A stretch of DNA of 64,000 bases from Candidatus Limnocylindrales bacterium. Its GTDB lineage: Bacteria; Chloroflexota; Limnocylindria; Limnocylindrales; CSP1-4. The stretch spans positions 65,766 to 129,765 of the forward strand of contig DASYTG010000012.1 in assembly GCA_036002525.1 (NCBI GenBank), in the 5' to 3' direction. Under the pieces are notes generated by a model. That model was not told the DNA's origin and did not search any database. It was given only the letters and a program-made list of their open reading frames with translations. How positions within the stretch are numbered: position 1 is the first letter of the stretch; each line of letters starts with the position of its first letter. Of this stretch, positions 61,945 through 64,000 are shown one piece after another. The position numbers and the translations under genes were made by a program.

Positions 61945-64000
61945 GTGACAGGCCCCGTAACGGGTAAGCCCGGGCGGGGCACGGAAGCGCCGACGCGGAC
62001 GACCGGCACGCGAAACGCCGCCAGCGCGATCCTCATCGTCCTCGCGCTTGGGCTTGCCTTCCGTCTCATTCTCGCACACGTCCTCCCCGGGTCCGGATTC
62101 AAGGTCGACCTCATCGCGTTCCGCTTCTGGGCGGACGATCTCGCGAGGAACGGCCTGTTCGGCTTCTACGACCGACCCTTCTTCCACGACTACACGCCCG
62201 GGTACATGTACTTCCTGGCGGTGGTCGGCCACCTCGAGGGGTTTCTCCGGGGGCTCGGCACTCTGCTCGCCGGCGTGCCACTCCTGGGCTGGCTGGTCGA
62301 CGTCCCGCCGCTCTCCTTCGTCGCCTCGGGCGACGTCATCAAGATCCCGGCGATCATCGCCGACCTCGTCCTCGGCTGGCTCGCCTGGTCGATGGCCCGC
62401 GAAGTGGGTGCCGGGCGCCGCGCCGCGCTCCTGGCCGGCGCGATCGTCGTCTTCAATCCGATCACCTGGTTCGACAGCGTCGTCTGGGGCCAGGTCGATT
62501 CGATCGGCGTCGTCTTCCTGCTCCTCGGGGTCCGGGAGCTGTGGCGGGACCGGCCCGAGCGCGCGGCCGTCTACACGGTCATCGGCGCGATCATCAAGCC
62601 GCAGCTCGGCATCCTCGTTCCGGTCGTCGCCGCCGTGACGATCCGCCGGGCGCTGTTCCCCTCCGGCGGCTACGGAGAGGATCCCGAGCCGAACCCGGGC
62701 CGCACGACGACGTCGTGGGAGCGGACCGTTCGCGGCCCGGTCCGCATCCTCACGACCGCCCTCGCCGGGCTGCTGACCGCGATCCTCGTGTCCCTTCCGT
62801 TCGGACTGTCGATCGTCGATCTCGCGGCCCAGGTGGCGACCGCCGCCGGCGGCTATCCGTACCTGACGGTCAATGCCTACAACCCGTGGGCCCTCCTCGC
62901 GCAGAACGGAAGCGGCCTGGCCCTCAGCGGCACATGGGTCTGCGACGTCGTCGTGGCCCACACCGCCGGGGGGTTTCCGTGCACGGACGCGTTCATGTTC
63001 GGGCCGCTGCCGGCGCTGGCGGTGGGGACGACGTTGCTGCTGGCGGTCATCGGCGCCGTCACCGTCATCATCGCCCGACGGCCGGACCGGCTGACGATCC
63101 TTGTCGGCGTCGCCGTTCTCGCGCTCGCATTCTTCGTGGTCCCGACCCGCGTCCACGAGCGCTACCTCTATCCGCTCTACGCACTGGCCGCGATCCTGGC
63201 GGCCGTCTCGTGGCGGTGGCGGATCGCGTATGTCCTCCTCGCCGGCGCGACGCTCGCCAACATGTACGTGGTGCTGACGACGATCTACCGCGACAACCCG
63301 GGGATCACCGACTGGCTCGGGATCGGGGAGTGGATCAAGTCCGAGGGGGTCGGAATCGTCGCCGCCGTCCACCTGCTCGGCCTGGTCTGGGTGGCGATCC
63401 AGCTCCGCGAGCCTGCCCTGGCCCGGCTCCGGGCGGAGATCGACCGGACAGCCAGGACCGACAGCCTGCCTGACCGGCTGCGCGTGCGCGGGGACATGGC
63501 GCACGAGGTCGGCCGGGGCCGGGCCCGGGGCGGGCTGTCCGCCGGAACGAGCCCCGCACCTGCCGAGTCCGCCGCGCTCGTCGCGTCCGCTGCGCCTGTC
63601 GGGCCTGCCGCGCCCGTGTACGAGCTGCCCGAGTGGCGCGAGCGCCCGTCGTTCGTCGAGGCCGGCCCGCTCGGGTGGCTGACGAGCCGCCTCAACGATC
63701 GTCCGGTTCGGCCGGACCGGAGCGCGATCCTCGCCCGGGAGGGCGGCGGCCGCCTCGACCGCCTCGACCTGTGGATCCTCGTCGTGCTCGTCGCCGCCGC
63801 GCTGACTCTCCGCGTCTGGCGCCTGGCCGAGCCGTATCGGATGCACTTCGACGAGGTCTACCACGCCCGCACCGCGACCGAATTCCTCCAGTCCTGGCGC
63901 TACGGGCTCGACCACGACATCTACGAGTGGACCCATCCCCACCTGGCGAAATACGCGATCGCCGGCGGCATCGTCGCCTGGGGCAACGACCGCGTCGGAG
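61945..64000 (+). CDS. GT-C family membrane glycosyltransferase (PMT_2 / DUF2029-like), truncated at the window end
   Basis: Open frame with no stop from the GTG at 61945 to the window end. Many TM helices. The C-terminal part visible in the window (HFDEVYHARTATEFLQSWRYGLDHDIYEWTHPHLAKY) resembles the N-terminal loop motif of PMT-type mannosyltransferases. Confidence 0.6.
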   Translation, partial: MTGPVTGKPGRGTEAPTRTTGTRNAASAILIVLALGLAFRLILAHVLPGSGFKVDLIAFRFWADDLARNGLFGFYDRPFFHDYTPGYMYFLAVVGHLEGFLRGLGTLLAGVPLLGWLVDVPPLSFVASGDVIKIPAIIADLVLGWLAWSMAREVGAGRRAALLAGAIVVFNPITWFDSVVWGQVDSIGVVFLLLGVRELWRDRPERAAVYTVIGAIIKPQLGILVPVVAAVTIRRALFPSGGYGEDPEPNPGRTTTSWERTVRGPVRILTTALAGLLTAILVSLPFGLSIVDLAAQVATAAGGYPYLTVNAYNPWALLAQNGSGLALSGTWVCDVVVAHTAGGFPCTDAFMFGPLPALAVGTTLLLAVIGAVTVIIARRPDRLTILVGVAVLALAFFVVPTRVHERYLYPLYALAAILAAVSWRWRIAYVLLAGATLANMYVVLTTIYRDNPGITDWLGIGEWIKSEGVGIVAAVHLLGLVWVAIQLREPALARLRAEIDRTARTDSLPDRLRVRGDMAHEVGRGRARGGLSAGTSPAPAESAALVASAAPVGPAAPVYELPEWRERPSFVEAGPLGWLTSRLNDRPVRPDRSAILAREGGGRLDRLDLWILVVLVAAALTLRVWRLAEPYRMHFDEVYHARTATEFLQSWRYGLDHDIYEWTHPHLAKYAIAGGIVAWGNDRVG

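Overview
The window is a high-GC (roughly 70%) bacterial chromosome segment that spans the replication origin. Gene content and order look actinobacterial. The main blocks, in order, are listed below.

- An F1F0 ATP synthase operon on the minus strand (atpA, truncated at the window edge, through atpI), followed by wecA and glyA.
- tsaC, prmC and prfA, with a glycogen-debranching-type glucosidase inserted between prfA and prmC.
- A DUF1385 gene, then rpmE, rpmA and rplU.
- An AI-2E family transporter, a NhaP antiporter, and mreD-mrdA-rodA.
- Two parS sites, then a tightly overlapping parA-parB-gyrB-(PaaI thioesterase)-(AlkD-like)-gyrA-prs operon.
- secA and a YdcF-family gene.
- A small Cys-rich ORF directly upstream of prfB, which carries the canonical programmed +1 frameshift.
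- A GNAT acetyltransferase, ftsE, ftsX, an S41 protease, smpB, a proline-racemase-family gene, and tmRNA (ssrA).
- A VanW-family gene, then jag, yidC, yidD, rnpA and rpmH on the minus strand.
- dnaA, the likely oriC in the dnaA-dnaN spacer, dnaN, recF and dciA (DUF721).
- A PP2C-like membrane protein whose catalytic motifs appear to be lost, followed by a rhomboid protease and a BFN-domain nuclease.
- A GT2 plus two GT-C glycosyltransferase module at the end of the window.

I found no tRNA, rRNA, CRISPR array, integrase or transposase. Many long ORFs in the six-frame track are spurious products of the GC bias.

The observations most worth a second look are:
- the PP2C-like pseudophosphatase / rhomboid / BFN locus next to dciA;
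- the 8-cysteine micro-ORF abutting prfB;
- a family of short palindromic repeats that sit just downstream of gene ends;
- the fusion of parAB and gyrBA into one operon away from dnaA;
- a non-canonical recF start;
- an L21 protein with a long Ala/Lys-rich tail.
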